Shown here piece after piece: positions 9,132 to 20,056 of a DNA stretch of 64,000 bases. Source of the stretch: Thermodesulfobacteriota bacterium (lineage in GTDB: Bacteria > Desulfobacterota > Desulfarculia > JACQYL01); the NCBI GenBank assembly GCA_963675595.2, contig CAXXLZ010000002.1:2496001-2560000 (forward strand), written 5' to 3'. Position numbers and translations under genes: made by a program. Positions within the stretch are counted from its first letter, which is position 1; each line of letters starts with the position of its first letter. Under the pieces are notes generated by a model. That model saw only the letters and a program-made list of their open reading frames with translations, was not told the DNA's origin and searched no databases.

Positions 9132-10371
9132 GACGACACGTCGGAGGGTGGTGGTCACCGGTTTAGGGATTGTTTCTCCGCTGGGAATCAATAAAGAGCT
9201 CTTCTTCGAGGATCTTTGTGCGGGCAAATCGGGAATCCACGAAATTCGAAATCTTCACGTGGATGGAAGGTCCTGCCGACTTGCCGCGGAATTGACGGAT
9301 TTCAACCCGGCCGATCTTCTTTCGAGCCGCAACCTCAGAAAGATGGATCGTCTCTCACGAGCGGCTGTATGCGCCGCCCGCCTGGCCATGGAGGACGCCG
9401 GCCTTAGGCTGCACGCCGGCAACCGCGAACGTGCGGGCATGGTGTTGGGTACCGCATTCGGCAACACGGCGCTCACAGCGGAATTGGCCGAAACCCTATT
9501 CCGTGAGGGTCCGCGATACGTTAACCCCTTTCACGTGCCCAACACCGTTATGAACGCTCCCGCGGGTCACTCGGCCATAGAGCTGGGATTTCGGGGAGTC
9601 AACCTCACGGTGAACCACAAGGAAGTCTCAGGGGAAGCGGCCCTGGCCTTGGCCGCCGATGCCGTGGAGAGGTCGGAGGCGGACATCATGTTCGCAGGCG
9701 GCGCGGACATCCTGGGACCGTTTCTTCTGCTGTCTCTGAATCGTTTTCGAGCACTCTCCCCGGACGACAACGGCGAGGAGAAGGCTCGCCCTTTCGACGT
9801 CCGACGTAACGGATTCATCGCCGGAGAGGGGGCGGGGGTTCTGTGTCTGGAATCCCTCGAAAGCGCTTCGGATCGAGGCCGAACGCCTTTGGCGGAGATC
9901 GTGGGGCGTGGACTGGGCGCGAGCCCGTGCTCTCTAACGGGACAGCCTTCCGATCCGGCGGGGAGCACCCTTACCATGGAACGGGCGGTTCGGTTCGCGG
10001 GCATCGATCCCTCCATGGTGGACTACGTCTCGGCATCCGCCAACGGCGGCCGACATGGAGACCTCACCGAGGCGGCGGCTCTCCGGTTTTTTTTCGAGGG
10101 ACGGTCCCCGCTCATTTCCTCGTTGAAGGGCGCCCTGGGCGAGAGCTTCAGTTCCGGGGGGCTCCGCGCCGCGGCTCTGGTTCAATCTCTGAGGACCGGC
10201 CGGATCCCTCCTTGCACCGGTCTCTCCACGCCATTAAATTCCCTGGAATACGTGCTCCAACCGAAACACGCTCCCCATCTCGAATATGCTTTGCTCAACG
10301 GGAACGCTTCGGGCGGAACCCACGTTTCCATCGTATTCAGGCGTTGGACCGAAAAAAGCGACCGGGCCTGA
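9124..10371 (+). CDS. Catalytically inactive KS homolog (chain-length-factor-like)
   Basis: KS fold (VVVTGLG, RPFD, GEGAG) but Cys->Glu (HKEVSG), His->Ser (SASANGG), His->Glu (LGESFS); start overlaps the upstream KS gene by 8 bp. Confidence 0.8.
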   Translation: MGETTRRRVVVTGLGIVSPLGINKELFFEDLCAGKSGIHEIRNLHVDGRSCRLAAELTDFNPADLLSSRNLRKMDRLSRAAVCAARLAMEDAGLRLHAGNRERAGMVLGTAFGNTALTAELAETLFREGPRYVNPFHVPNTVMNAPAGHSAIELGFRGVNLTVNHKEVSGEAALALAADAVERSEADIMFAGGADILGPFLLLSLNRFRALSPDDNGEEKARPFDVRRNGFIAGEGAGVLCLESLESASDRGRTPLAEIVGRGLGASPCSLTGQPSDPAGSTLTMERAVRFAGIDPSMVDYVSASANGGRHGDLTEAAALRFFFEGRSPLISSLKGALGESFSSGGLRAAALVQSLRTGRIPPCTGLSTPLNSLEYVLQPKHAPHLEYALLNGNASGGTHVSIVFRRWTEKSDRA

Positions 10372-10408
10372 GACCCGATCGCTCGCATTTCCCGGTCTTT
10401 GGTCCCGC

Positions 10409-12484
10409 TTAGAACTCTTCCAACTCCTTGTCGTCCAACGGGATCAGCTGGCTCGGCGACACTTCCTTGGCCTGATGAGACCGCTCTTCTCTTCGCGCGG
10501 AAGCGCCGCCGCCCGGCCTACCGGTCGCAACCGGTTTTGGGACTGATTTTCCGGATTTCGGCCTTTTCTTCGACCCAGACTTACCACCAGACTTCCCACC
10601 TGAGGCGTGCAGAGTCGAGCTTCCCTCAACAATCATCACCAGGCGACGAATATAGTCTTTCAGGTTCTCCGACTGCGCACTCATTTCCTCGGAAGCTGCG
10701 GCCGTTTCTTCGGCGTTGGAGGCCACCTGTTGGACCACCTTGTCCATCTCGCCCACGGCCGTGGTCACTTGCTGAATCCCCTTGGCCTGTTCGTCCGAAG
10801 CACTCGCGATCTCCGAAATGAGTTCTCCGACTTTCGAAGAGCTGGCGGAGACTTCGGTGAAAGCCTCATTGGTTCGGCTGACCAGATCGGAACCGTCATG
10901 CACCTTCTTGACCGTGGTTTCGATCAGAGAAGCCGTGTTCTGCGCGGCTTCCGCAGCCCGCATGGCCAGATTTCGCACTTCATCGGCCACCACGGCGAAT
11001 CCCGCCCCGGCTTCTCCGGCTCTGGCGGCTTCCACCGCAGCGTTCAGTGCAAGGAGATTCGTTTGGAAAGCGATCTCATCAATCGTCTTGATGATTTTTG
11101 AAGTTTGCTCACTGGCCCTGGATATGTCATCCATGGAGCCGATCAACTGGGACATGGACTGGTTGGCCTGATCCACCACGCTGTTGGCCTGCCTCATCAG
11201 CCCGTTCGCCTCCCCGGCGTTCTGGGCGTTTTGACGCGTCATGGCGGACATCTCCTCCAGGGACGAGGAGGTCTCTTCAAGGGAAGCAGCCTGCTCCGCG
11301 GCTCCTTCCGCCAAATGTCCGCTGGATCCGGCCATTTCGGAGGAAGCGGATGAAACCTGATCGGCGGTTCCCGTCAGCGCTTCGATGATTCCCCGAATGG
11401 GTTTGGAAATGGAACGGCTCACCGCCCACAACACGAGAATCCCCAGGATCGTCGCAACCAAAGAGATCACGATCATCAGCCACATTCCCGACGTCACGTT
11501 GCTCATAAGCCGGTCGGCATTCTCGGCGACCTTCGTCATGGGAGCGAGTATGGTTACCCGCCAGGGAGTGGTGGTCCGGCCGACCAGCATGGGACAGGAA
11601 ACCACCAGAAGGCCTCCCTCGACTTTCACCTGACGCTCATCGGCACTCATTCCCTGCACGATATCGACAAAATCCTCGCCTTTAAGGTCACTCAAGAGCT
11701 TGCCTGCCAATTCCGGCCGATCCGTGGCGGCCGCCACGGTCCCGTTAAAACTCGTTAGAATCAGACGTCCCGTGCCTCCGAACAGACTTTTGGCATGATC
11801 CGCGATCTTCTGCAAAAAATCCAGCCGCAGGTCCGCACCCGTGATTCCGCAAAAAGTCCCTTGATAAACGACGGGAACCACCAACGAAGTGAGAAGAGTC
11901 GGTTTCCCTTGCACCGGATAGACGTAAGGATCAATGATGGCTTCCTTTTTGGTCTTCCTGGGAATGACGTAGTAGTCGCCCGCACCTTCCGTTTCATAAT
12001 CCACGAGAGGTTCCATAACGATGTTCCCCGCCGGGTCCCGGTTCCAATAGGGAATGAATCGACCCGTAGCGTCGTTGCCCTCCTCATTGGCGAATCCCAC
12101 ATCCGCACTGTCGAATGCGTTCGGCTCCCAAGCCGTGTAGACCCCGACGAACTGGGGATTGTAGGCCAAAACCGTCTTGAGGATGCCATTGACGTCCGCA
12201 CGGTCCAACTTGACTCCCACGGATTCGTCTTTGGACCCCACAAGCACCTGCATCAAGGTCCGAGCGACGTTCATGGCTCCGTCCAACTCCACCTGAATTT
12301 CGTTGACGTGCTGCACGGCCAAAGCCTCGGCATACGCTCTGGCTTCTTCGACGGCGGTGTTCCGGGCATTTTCGGCCTGAGACCTCATCTGGATCACGGC
12401 GAAAAGCACAATTACGGCAGCGGTCACCAAGAGGCAAATTCCGGCCCAGACAGTGATCTTCATTTGTAGACTTCGGATTCGCAT
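10409..12484 (-). CDS. Methyl-accepting chemotaxis protein with periplasmic dCache domain
   Basis: Two TM segments, WEPNAFD/GRFIPYW Cache motifs, [34 protein letters not shown] hairpin, C-terminal pentapeptide-like ELEEF. Confidence 0.95.
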   Translation of the reverse strand: MRIRSLQMKITVWAGICLLVTAAVIVLFAVIQMRSQAENARNTAVEEARAYAEALAVQHVNEIQVELDGAMNVARTLMQVLVGSKDESVGVKLDRADVNGILKTVLAYNPQFVGVYTAWEPNAFDSADVGFANEEGNDATGRFIPYWNRDPAGNIVMEPLVDYETEGAGDYYVIPRKTKKEAIIDPYVYPVQGKPTLLTSLVVPVVYQGTFCGITGADLRLDFLQKIADHAKSLFGGTGRLILTSFNGTVAAATDRPELAGKLLSDLKGEDFVDIVQGMSADERQVKVEGGLLVVSCPMLVGRTTTPWRVTILAPMTKVAENADRLMSNVTSGMWLMIVISLVATILGILVLWAVSRSISKPIRGIIEALTGTADQVSSASSEMAGSSGHLAEGAAEQAASLEETSSSLEEMSAMTRQNAQNAGEANGLMRQANSVVDQANQSMSQLIGSMDDISRASEQTSKIIKTIDEIAFQTNLLALNAAVEAARAGEAGAGFAVVADEVRNLAMRAAEAAQNTASLIETTVKKVHDGSDLVSRTNEAFTEVSASSSKVGELISEIASASDEQAKGIQQVTTAVGEMDKVVQQVASNAEETAAASEEMSAQSENLKDYIRRLVMIVEGSSTLHASGGKSGGKSGSKKRPKSGKSVPKPVATGRPGGGASARREERSHQAKEVSPSQLIPLDDKELEEF

Positions 12485-13031
12485 AGATAACCCCCTCTTT
12501 GGTCGATATTACCCGCGTAGGCGATCGCTACTCGCCTCATCCTATTGAAGACTTACAGGAAAACCGCCATCCCTTCAAATGCTATCCGCAATCCTGCGCC
12601 TCAGAAGCTCTCGACGCCTTTGCCGAGAGCCTCACTTTTTCAACGGAAATCTTCCGGATGAAACCACAAACAGCGAAAATCCCGCACAAATCTTTCGAGC
12701 CGCGTTAAGTCCCACAAAAGAATTAGGATGTTCGTTGCGGGGTTTTGAGGTAAATGTGAAGATCGTTGTGACCGCCCAAAGAACCGCCCACCGGATGTCT
12801 AGGATGAGATTCAGGGAAAGCCCCAAAACACGGTAACCGAATCAACTATTCCAAATGAAACAATGATTCCGAGAGTGAGTCAAACAAAAAAGATACACGT
12901 GCCACAACAGAGTTTCAAACTTGTTACTACCATGGAATGCGAAATCTTCCGGCCGCAGACTACCGATGCCTCGGGTTTCTCCCATCCTCCACCGGACTCG
13001 CAGCCGCTTTCTGGTATGAGAGCTTCTCTCC

Positions 13032-13865
13032 TTACAATGGTTCATGAAACTTTTCGAAGTTTCTTCGCACTACCCGGTCTTTCAGGTCGCCCTCCAGAAA
13101 TCCTTCGATATACTCCACGTATTCCTCCACCATGTTGGGCAATCCGAAGGTCGCGTCGCTTCCAAAAAGTACGCGGTCGGAAAATTCTTCAATGAATTCT
13201 AGATACGCCTCCGGAGCTTGCTGCATGAATGGAAGCAAGGAAGAAAAGTCGGTGTAGACATTTTCAAACCGGTTAAGGAAGTCGGCCATCTTTTTCCTGG
13301 AACTTCCAAAATGGGGTATATTGAAGCGAATATTCGGATATGATTCCACCAAATCCTCCGTAAACGACCCATATCTCCTCAAATCAACATGAAAAAGCAT
13401 CGGAAGATTCAGCCGATCGCAACCGGCCGCCAGGTCCGCTATGAGTTGCTCCGAGTCGGAGAGCTTCCGCCCAAGGGCTCTCTCCCAGCCCTCAACACCG
13501 ATGAATTCATCCTCCTCCGGAATATAAAGCACTTTGACCGCTGCATAGCCTTTCCGGATATACCGATCCAGATCCGCCACATGCCTTGGCGTAAAAAATC
13601 GAGTATCCAGGTAGGAATACATTTTGAGAGGAGCCAGTCCCGACATCCAATCCAGGAGTTCTTCAGCGGGAGTCATGAGCTCGGGGGTCACGAGATGGTG
13701 GTAGGCTTGGGGCACCATCATCAGAATCCGATCACGGTCCTGAGGAATTTCCTCCAGCACGATGAATCCGCCTCCGAGAAAGCCCGGGAGGTTCAGGTAA
13801 GTGTGCTTCAAGGGCTCAAGTGGACCTTCGAAGAAAAAATGGACATGAGCGTCGTAAAATTGCAT
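13032..13865 (-). CDS. Amidohydrolase 2 family metal-dependent hydrolase
   Basis: DAHVH, FHVD, IPHFG, FGSDA metal ligands; RBS GGAGG. Confidence 0.8.
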   Translation of the reverse strand: MQFYDAHVHFFFEGPLEPLKHTYLNLPGFLGGGFIVLEEIPQDRDRILMMVPQAYHHLVTPELMTPAEELLDWMSGLAPLKMYSYLDTRFFTPRHVADLDRYIRKGYAAVKVLYIPEEDEFIGVEGWERALGRKLSDSEQLIADLAAGCDRLNLPMLFHVDLRRYGSFTEDLVESYPNIRFNIPHFGSSRKKMADFLNRFENVYTDFSSLLPFMQQAPEAYLEFIEEFSDRVLFGSDATFGLPNMVEEYVEYIEGFLEGDLKDRVVRRNFEKFHEPL

Positions 13866-13908
13866 GAAATTCCTCCGATAAGTAGTATTTCACAGTGTGA
13901 GTGCACTG

Positions 13909-14973
13909 TTACAGCCCCGATGTACCGGAATCGTCGCGGATCCTCGAGCCGTTGGAGTAGCCGTTGGGCTCTTGATGAGTCCGGCTTCCCTGTTTCGGCC
14001 TTTCCGGGATTCCCGCCAGGGCGCAGCATTCATAGATGACACGAATTTCTTCGCCGGTTCTCTTCACTTCCTCGATGGTCCCTTCCGAAGGGAAAGCGAT
14101 GCCGTCCATACCGGCCCGGACGGCCAACAGCTCCGTACGATCCCCGTGAACGCCCAAAGGTCGTTCACATCCCAAAATCAGCGGAAGTCCGGGAAAGCGC
14201 CGTCGCGCTTCCCCGAAAAATTCCCCGACCTCCTCGGGGTCCACGGGCCGACAGGCTTGCAAATCGGTTCCTGGTGTGGGCCGGAACAACACCAGGACCA
14301 GGGACATCACGGACACCTCACGGATCATGGCCAGGGTGCGCCGTTCGCCGCGGATTTCTCCGCAGTGCAGGCCCACCACCACGTGAGGAGCAGTGGGCAC
14401 ACCGCGTTCCGAAAGAAGAGCCAAAGCCTGTTCGAAGTCTTCCGGCCGAGCATCCAATCTGAGTACCTTCCGGATGGTCTCCTCGTCTCCCACCACATCC
14501 ATCATGGCGCAGTCCACTCCGGCCTCGGCCAAGGCATCGGCGACACTCTCGCGCACCAGACCCGTATGAACCAGAACGCGCAGCCCAAGCTCCTCTCTGA
14601 GACGTTTCATGACTTGGGCGAAAGGTTCAAGAGGCACGGAACCGTCCGGTCCGGAACCGCCGCTTACCAAGATGCTTTCGGCACCCCTTTCCGCCAGTCG
14701 CCTGCCGTGACGCCACAGAGCCTCGGGGTCGGGCGTCGCCGGGATGTGTTTCAAGATCACTCCGCCACAGTGCGCGCAGTGCAAAGCGCACCATGACCCC
14801 GTAACGCTCACCATGGTCGAACCGCACCGGCCTCGATTACTTAATACGCCGGTTTCGTACCTTTTAAATCCGGGAAGACAGAAGATCATCGAAATAGTGC
14901 CGAAAGAATATCTTTTGACCGGCCCGAAAGGAAGTGCGGGGCCGGATAAGAGTTTGTCCCGGTGTCGTTTCAC
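13909..14973 (-). CDS. Biotin-synthase-like radical SAM protein, LipS1-like; start may be 14889
   Basis: CALHCAHC, LVSGG, C-terminal GCER and CC motifs. Confidence 0.75.
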   Translation of the reverse strand: MKRHRDKLLSGPALPFGPVKRYSFGTISMIFCLPGFKRYETGVLSNRGRCGSTMVSVTGSWCALHCAHCGGVILKHIPATPDPEALWRHGRRLAERGAESILVSGGSGPDGSVPLEPFAQVMKRLREELGLRVLVHTGLVRESVADALAEAGVDCAMMDVVGDEETIRKVLRLDARPEDFEQALALLSERGVPTAPHVVVGLHCGEIRGERRTLAMIREVSVMSLVLVLFRPTPGTDLQACRPVDPEEVGEFFGEARRRFPGLPLILGCERPLGVHGDRTELLAVRAGMDGIAFPSEGTIEEVKRTGEEIRVIYECCALAGIPERPKQGSRTHQEPNGYSNGSRIRDDSGTSGL

Positions 14974-15081
14974 TGCGATGCGAAAGACTCAAGCCGAATC
15001 CCGGAGGATAGACGCCGCCTTACCTGATGCCAGACGAAATCTGTTTCCGGCCCATAGAAAAACACCGGCCGCCATAAGCTG

Positions 15082-18000
15082 TTAAGAGCTTCCGTTCCGG
15101 CCGGGACCCGGAGCCTTCGCTTTCGGATCCAAAGTCACGCGAACCTTGACCCAGAAGTCCATGACCAAGGAAAACAGTGCGGGAATCAGAAACAAGGTAA
15201 ACAAGGTGGAAACCGCCAGTCCACCCACCACCACGCTCCCCAATCCCCGATACAACTCCGACCCCGCCCCGGGAAAAAGCACCAATGGAAGCATGGCGAA
15301 CACGGAGGTGGCCGCACTCATGAAAATAGGTCGTATGCGCACCCGCACCGCTTCTCTGATGGCTTCCCGCGGGCCGACGTTTTCTTCGCGAATAAGGTTC
15401 AACGCCTGATACACGATAAGAATCGCATTGTTCACCACCACGCCCACCAGAATGACGAAACCCAACATCGTCAGTACGTTCAGGGCACTGTATTGAATGA
15501 GATGCGAAGTCAGGAAAAGCCCCAGAAAACCGCCGGCGGCCGCCAAAGGCACGCTGAACATGATCACCAGAGGAAAAAAGAAATTCTCAAAAAGAGCGCT
15601 CATTAACAGGAACGTAATGACCAGGGCCAGCAAAAAGTTCCACTGGAGTGCCTTTTGGGTACGAGTCAGGTCGTCGGCGGTGCCGGAAAGATCGATACCA
15701 TAGGGCCGTTGAATCTCGCCGGAAGTCTTCAAAGGCTCGATCACCTTTGTTCGGATCAAGTTCATTGCCTCCTGCAGAGGCAACTCGTCCGGGGGAGTAA
15801 CCTGTATGGTGATGGCTCGATTTCGTTCGATTCGGTTGATCTGGGTCGGTCCCTCCACCAGGGCGATGTCCGCCACAGTGCTCAGGGTCACCAGCTCCCC
15901 CCCCGGCGTGTTGATCAATAGATTCTCGAAATCCTGCGTCCGGCCGACGGTCGTGGGCAGCCCCATCAACGTCAGGTCCATCTTCTTTCCTTCGGGTCGC
16001 ACTTCGTCCACCTTCATGCCGTCCAACAGAGCATCCAAATTCATGCCGATCTCTTCGGCCGTCAACCCGACTCTGGCCGCTCGCCGACGGGCGGGGGTGA
16101 CCCGGATTTCCGGATTGCCCAAGTCCAAACTGGGCACTGGGCGCAGTTGGGCGCCCGGTATAAGCCGGCGGACCGACCCGAAAATTCCTCTGCCGATTTC
16201 CACCAGTCGCCGTAGGTCCGGCCCGGTGATATCCACGTCGATGCTTCGGCCTTGCCCTACTCCTCTGGCGAACAGGCTCGTCTGCAGCACCACGGAAATC
16301 ATCCCGGGGATGTGGGACAACGTCTTCTGCATTACGGGAATCAACTCCCGCGCCCTGGTCGGGTCCGCACTAGACGCTCCCATGAAAAGTCGTTTTTGCC
16401 AAGCGACGAAGAAGAAGTTTCGGATTCTGGGAATCGCTCCGGAATCTACCGCATCGGCCTTGCCGTCATCCGACTCGTCCGCGAAATATCGTCCCAAATC
16501 GCCGACAATGGTTTTCCCAACCTCTCGGAACTCATCGAGATTGTACCCCGGCGGTGGAACGATGATGCCCAGGATCAAATTTCGATTGCCTCCCGGGAGG
16601 TACTCCGTCGGCGGAGCCAAAACATAAGCCGTACCCAGGGAAAGCGAGGTCATGACGATCACCACGGCAAGCCTCAAAGCCGTGCTGCCGCAAACCCAAT
16701 AAACGAAATTGCTCAGCCGGTCCGTTATGGCGGCAGCCAAAGACCGGAGTCCGAACAACTCATGGAAAGCCCACGAAGCGGTTCTTTGTTTTTGAGTATC
16801 TTCGGTAACCACCCGCCGAATGAGTCGCGCGGACAACATGGGAATCACCGTGATGGACACCAGAAGGCTCAGAAAAACGGAGCAACTCACGGCGATGGAA
16901 ATATCGCGAAAGAGTTGGCCGGCCTCTTCTTCCACGAAAATCACCGGCAGGAACACGGCGATGGTGGTCAACGTGCTCGCCAACACGGCGCCCCAGACTT
17001 CGACCGTGCCCCGGTACGCGGCCTGGAATCGGCTTTGTCCCTCTTGGCGATGGCGGTAAATATTCTCCAACACCACGATGGAGTTATCCACCACCATGCC
17101 CGCGGCAAAAGCCATTCCCGCCAGGGAAATGACGTTCACGTTTCTTCCGAAGGCCACCATCATGATGAAGGTGCCCACAATGGAAATGGGAATGGCCGTG
17201 GCCACGATCAGGGTGGCAAAGAAGCTTCTGAGAAAAATCAGAAGGATCAGGACGGCCAGGGAGCCGCCCACCCAAAGGTTCTGTTCCACCAGCGCGATGG
17301 CACTGTCGATGTACTCCGTCTCGTCGTATACCTGCCGGAGTTCCAGACCCAGAACGGCCAATTCCCCTTGGTTGAGCTCCCTGACGGCGGCTTTCAGTCC
17401 CGCCATGACTTCGAGCACGTTGGTGCCGGATTGCCGAATGGCATTGATGGCTAGGGTCGGCTCTCCCCGTTGAAGCACCTCGGCTTGTGCTTTCTTGTAA
17501 CCGAACCGGGAATGAGCCACGTCTCCGATGATCACCGGGCTCCCGTCTTCATACTTCACCACGACGCGGTCGGCGTCTTCCGGTCGAAGGAATTCCCCTT
17601 CGGTTCTGGCTATGTATTTCCGCTTTCCCTCATCAAAATCACCCGCTGAGATGTTCTGGTTGGAAGCCTCCAGAGCTGACGCCATCTCTTCGATGGTCAG
17701 TCTGCGAGCCGCCACCGCTTTCTCGTCGAACACGACCTGCATTTCCCGTTCACGCCCGCCGTACACGTTGACCTTGGCCATGCCGGGCACCCGCTCGAGT
17801 CGCGCCTGGATCACGTCCTCCGCGAAATCCCTGAGGGTGTAGATGGGAGGAGCGTCCTCGCGGATGCGCTTGAGCACGATCCAGGCAATGGGAGGAGCGT
17901 TCTCCGCGGCGGAAACAATCACGGGTTTGTCCGCATCCCGGGGGTAGGACGGCACCTGGTCCAGCTTATTCGAAACCTTGATCAGGGCGGAATCGATATC

Positions 18001-18297
18001 CGTGCCCACGGAGAATTCGAGTGTCACCGTACCCGAAGAGTCCATGGATTCGCTGGTCATGCGAAGCAGACCTTCCACGTTTTTCAGGTACTCCTCCTGC
18101 TCATCCACGATCTCTCGCTCAATTTCTTGAGGAGAAGCACCTCTCCAGGTGGTGGTCACCGTGATCATGGGACGGGTGACGTCGGGAGTCAGCTGGACCG
18201 GGATTTGAACCAGGGAAATGATTCCGAAGAGGACCAGAAAGAACACCCCGACAATGACGGTAACGGGGTATTTAATGGCGGAGTCAACGAGTTTCAT
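15082..18297 (-). CDS. RND efflux permease, AcrB/HAE1 family
   Basis: 1071 aa, two large periplasmic loops, GMVVDNSIVV and RIRPIFMS motifs. Confidence 0.95.
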   Translation of the reverse strand: MKLVDSAIKYPVTVIVGVFFLVLFGIISLVQIPVQLTPDVTRPMITVTTTWRGASPQEIEREIVDEQEEYLKNVEGLLRMTSESMDSSGTVTLEFSVGTDIDSALIKVSNKLDQVPSYPRDADKPVIVSAAENAPPIAWIVLKRIREDAPPIYTLRDFAEDVIQARLERVPGMAKVNVYGGREREMQVVFDEKAVAARRLTIEEMASALEASNQNISAGDFDEGKRKYIARTEGEFLRPEDADRVVVKYEDGSPVIIGDVAHSRFGYKKAQAEVLQRGEPTLAINAIRQSGTNVLEVMAGLKAAVRELNQGELAVLGLELRQVYDETEYIDSAIALVEQNLWVGGSLAVLILLIFLRSFFATLIVATAIPISIVGTFIMMVAFGRNVNVISLAGMAFAAGMVVDNSIVVLENIYRHRQEGQSRFQAAYRGTVEVWGAVLASTLTTIAVFLPVIFVEEEAGQLFRDISIAVSCSVFLSLLVSITVIPMLSARLIRRVVTEDTQKQRTASWAFHELFGLRSLAAAITDRLSNFVYWVCGSTALRLAVVIVMTSLSLGTAYVLAPPTEYLPGGNRNLILGIIVPPPGYNLDEFREVGKTIVGDLGRYFADESDDGKADAVDSGAIPRIRNFFFVAWQKRLFMGASSADPTRARELIPVMQKTLSHIPGMISVVLQTSLFARGVGQGRSIDVDITGPDLRRLVEIGRGIFGSVRRLIPGAQLRPVPSLDLGNPEIRVTPARRRAARVGLTAEEIGMNLDALLDGMKVDEVRPEGKKMDLTLMGLPTTVGRTQDFENLLINTPGGELVTLSTVADIALVEGPTQINRIERNRAITIQVTPPDELPLQEAMNLIRTKVIEPLKTSGEIQRPYGIDLSGTADDLTRTQKALQWNFLLALVITFLLMSALFENFFFPLVIMFSVPLAAAGGFLGLFLTSHLIQYSALNVLTMLGFVILVGVVVNNAILIVYQALNLIREENVGPREAIREAVRVRIRPIFMSAATSVFAMLPLVLFPGAGSELYRGLGSVVVGGLAVSTLFTLFLIPALFSLVMDFWVKVRVTLDPKAKAPGPGRNGSS

Positions 18298-18309
18298 GGG
18301 AGAGGAGTC

Positions 18310-19413
18310 TCAGGAGCCATCGGATGCCTGAACGGGTTGACCGGGAAAGAGTCGTTCATTGCCCCGAACCACGACTTTGTCGCCGGGTTTCAGGTCTCCT
18401 TCCACTTCCACCTTGCCCCGATGTTCGAGCCCCATAAGCACGGTTACGGGAACGGCTTTGCCGTCCACCACCTTGATCACCGATCGCTTGGCTCCGCTCA
18501 ACACCACGGCGTCTTTGGGAACGAGGAGAACCTTCTTCGGGGTGCCCAGTTCGAAACGGGCACGGGCCAGCATTCCGGGTTGAACTTGCGCCTGGTGATT
18601 ATCCAGGCGTATGTGAACGGGAAAGGTTCGGGCCGCTTCGTCGCCTTTGGGTATGACCGCATGGATTTTGCCTTGGAACAACTCCTCGCCCAAGGCGTCG
18701 AAAGTCATACGAACGGCATCGCCTACGGAAAGGCCGTGGACCACCTTCTCCGGAACCGGCACCACCACTTTGACGGGATCGATCAGATAGAGCTCGACCA
18801 CGACGCTTCCGGGAGACAGCCATTCACCGACTTCTGTAAGCCGTTCGACCACCACGCCAGAGAAGGGCGCCTTGACGGCTTTCTTTTGCAGTCGCTCTCT
18901 GAGCACTCCCAAGGAGGCCCGTAATCTTTCGACTTCCTGGATTCCCGCCAGATACGCGTAGAGCGCTTCGTCCCGAGCCCTTTCGGACACGCTCGCCTTG
19001 TCGACGAGGGCGGAGACTCTCTTGTTTTCCTTTTCCGCTCTTTCCAGGCGGGCCTGCGCTTCCTTGATCGCGGCCTCGGCCTCACGGATCTGATGAACGA
19101 GTTCGTCGCTGTCGAGCCGGCAGAGGAGTTCCCCCCGTTTCACCCGGTCTCCCTCGTCCACCTTCAATTCGATGACCTTGCCGGAAACCTCGGCGGCCAC
19201 CCGGCTGTCTTTCCAGGCTCGGGCGCTTCCCATCAGTCCCACGGTGGAGCCCACCATCTCTTCGGTCACCTGGTCCACCACAACGGGAGCGGGCGGCGGT
19301 CCGCCCGGGCCTCCAGTCTGTGATACCGCGGTCCCGGAGGCACCCATCGCCAAGAAGAGGAGAAACAACGCAAGAAAAACGGTTCTGGCAGGTCCGGCGG
19401 TCATTTCCGGCAC
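18310..19413 (-). CDS. RND membrane fusion protein (periplasmic adaptor)
   Basis: N-terminal anchor, lipoyl-like VDEGDRVKRG, helical hairpin, KAPFSG; directly upstream of the RND permease. Confidence 0.93.
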   Translation of the reverse strand: MPEMTAGPARTVFLALFLLFLAMGASGTAVSQTGGPGGPPPAPVVVDQVTEEMVGSTVGLMGSARAWKDSRVAAEVSGKVIELKVDEGDRVKRGELLCRLDSDELVHQIREAEAAIKEAQARLERAEKENKRVSALVDKASVSERARDEALYAYLAGIQEVERLRASLGVLRERLQKKAVKAPFSGVVVERLTEVGEWLSPGSVVVELYLIDPVKVVVPVPEKVVHGLSVGDAVRMTFDALGEELFQGKIHAVIPKGDEAARTFPVHIRLDNHQAQVQPGMLARARFELGTPKKVLLVPKDAVVLSGAKRSVIKVVDGKAVPVTVLMGLEHRGKVEVEGDLKPGDKVVVRGNERLFPGQPVQASDGS

Positions 19414-19689
19414 CTCTCGAAATCATCTTAAATCGGACAAAGCATAATGACGTGATAATCGACATAGTCTACTAGTTTCCGCCGATGCCTTCAACGTTAT
19501 TTCATCCCTACCGCGGGACTTGGCCCGATTCCTCCCTTCCTCCTCACAGCCCTGGATTTTTTCCATTCGAACCAGTATGCTCTAATCAGTTATGGAAACA
19601 CCTTTTCGGGGCCGGCGGACAATTATGGATTCGGCGGTAAGGAATCAAGAGCGTCGGGCCGCGATCGCCCGGAATGGAGAAATAGATCC

Positions 19690-20034
19690 ATGAATGACTT
19701 TGAGCTGATGTTCAGCGGACTGCCGGTGGCCATGGTGGTCACCGATCCCGACATGAAGATTACGTACGCCAACCCCAAGGGTTTGGAGAACTTCAGCAAG
19801 TGGATCGATCTGTGGGGATCGCTCATCGGCCGTCATCTGGGCGACTGCCACAAGCCTGAATCCATGGAAAAGATCCGGACCATGTACGACGCGTTCCGAA
19901 ACGGAGACCGGACTCCCCGACACTATGTGCGAAAACGGGAAGGCGGGACCCGCACCATCCTGCATGTCCCCATTTTTGAGGGAAACGATTTCCGGGGGGT
20001 GATCGAAATGATTTTCGAGAGCGCCCTGGATTGA
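19690..20034 (+). CDS. Small stand-alone PAS-domain protein
   Basis: PVAMVVTD...ITYAN, LIGRHLGDCH, FRGVIE; RBS GGAG. Confidence 0.75.
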   Translation: MNDFELMFSGLPVAMVVTDPDMKITYANPKGLENFSKWIDLWGSLIGRHLGDCHKPESMEKIRTMYDAFRNGDRTPRHYVRKREGGTRTILHVPIFEGNDFRGVIEMIFESALD

Positions 20035-20056
20035 CCGAAGTCCAAGGAGTCCGTTT

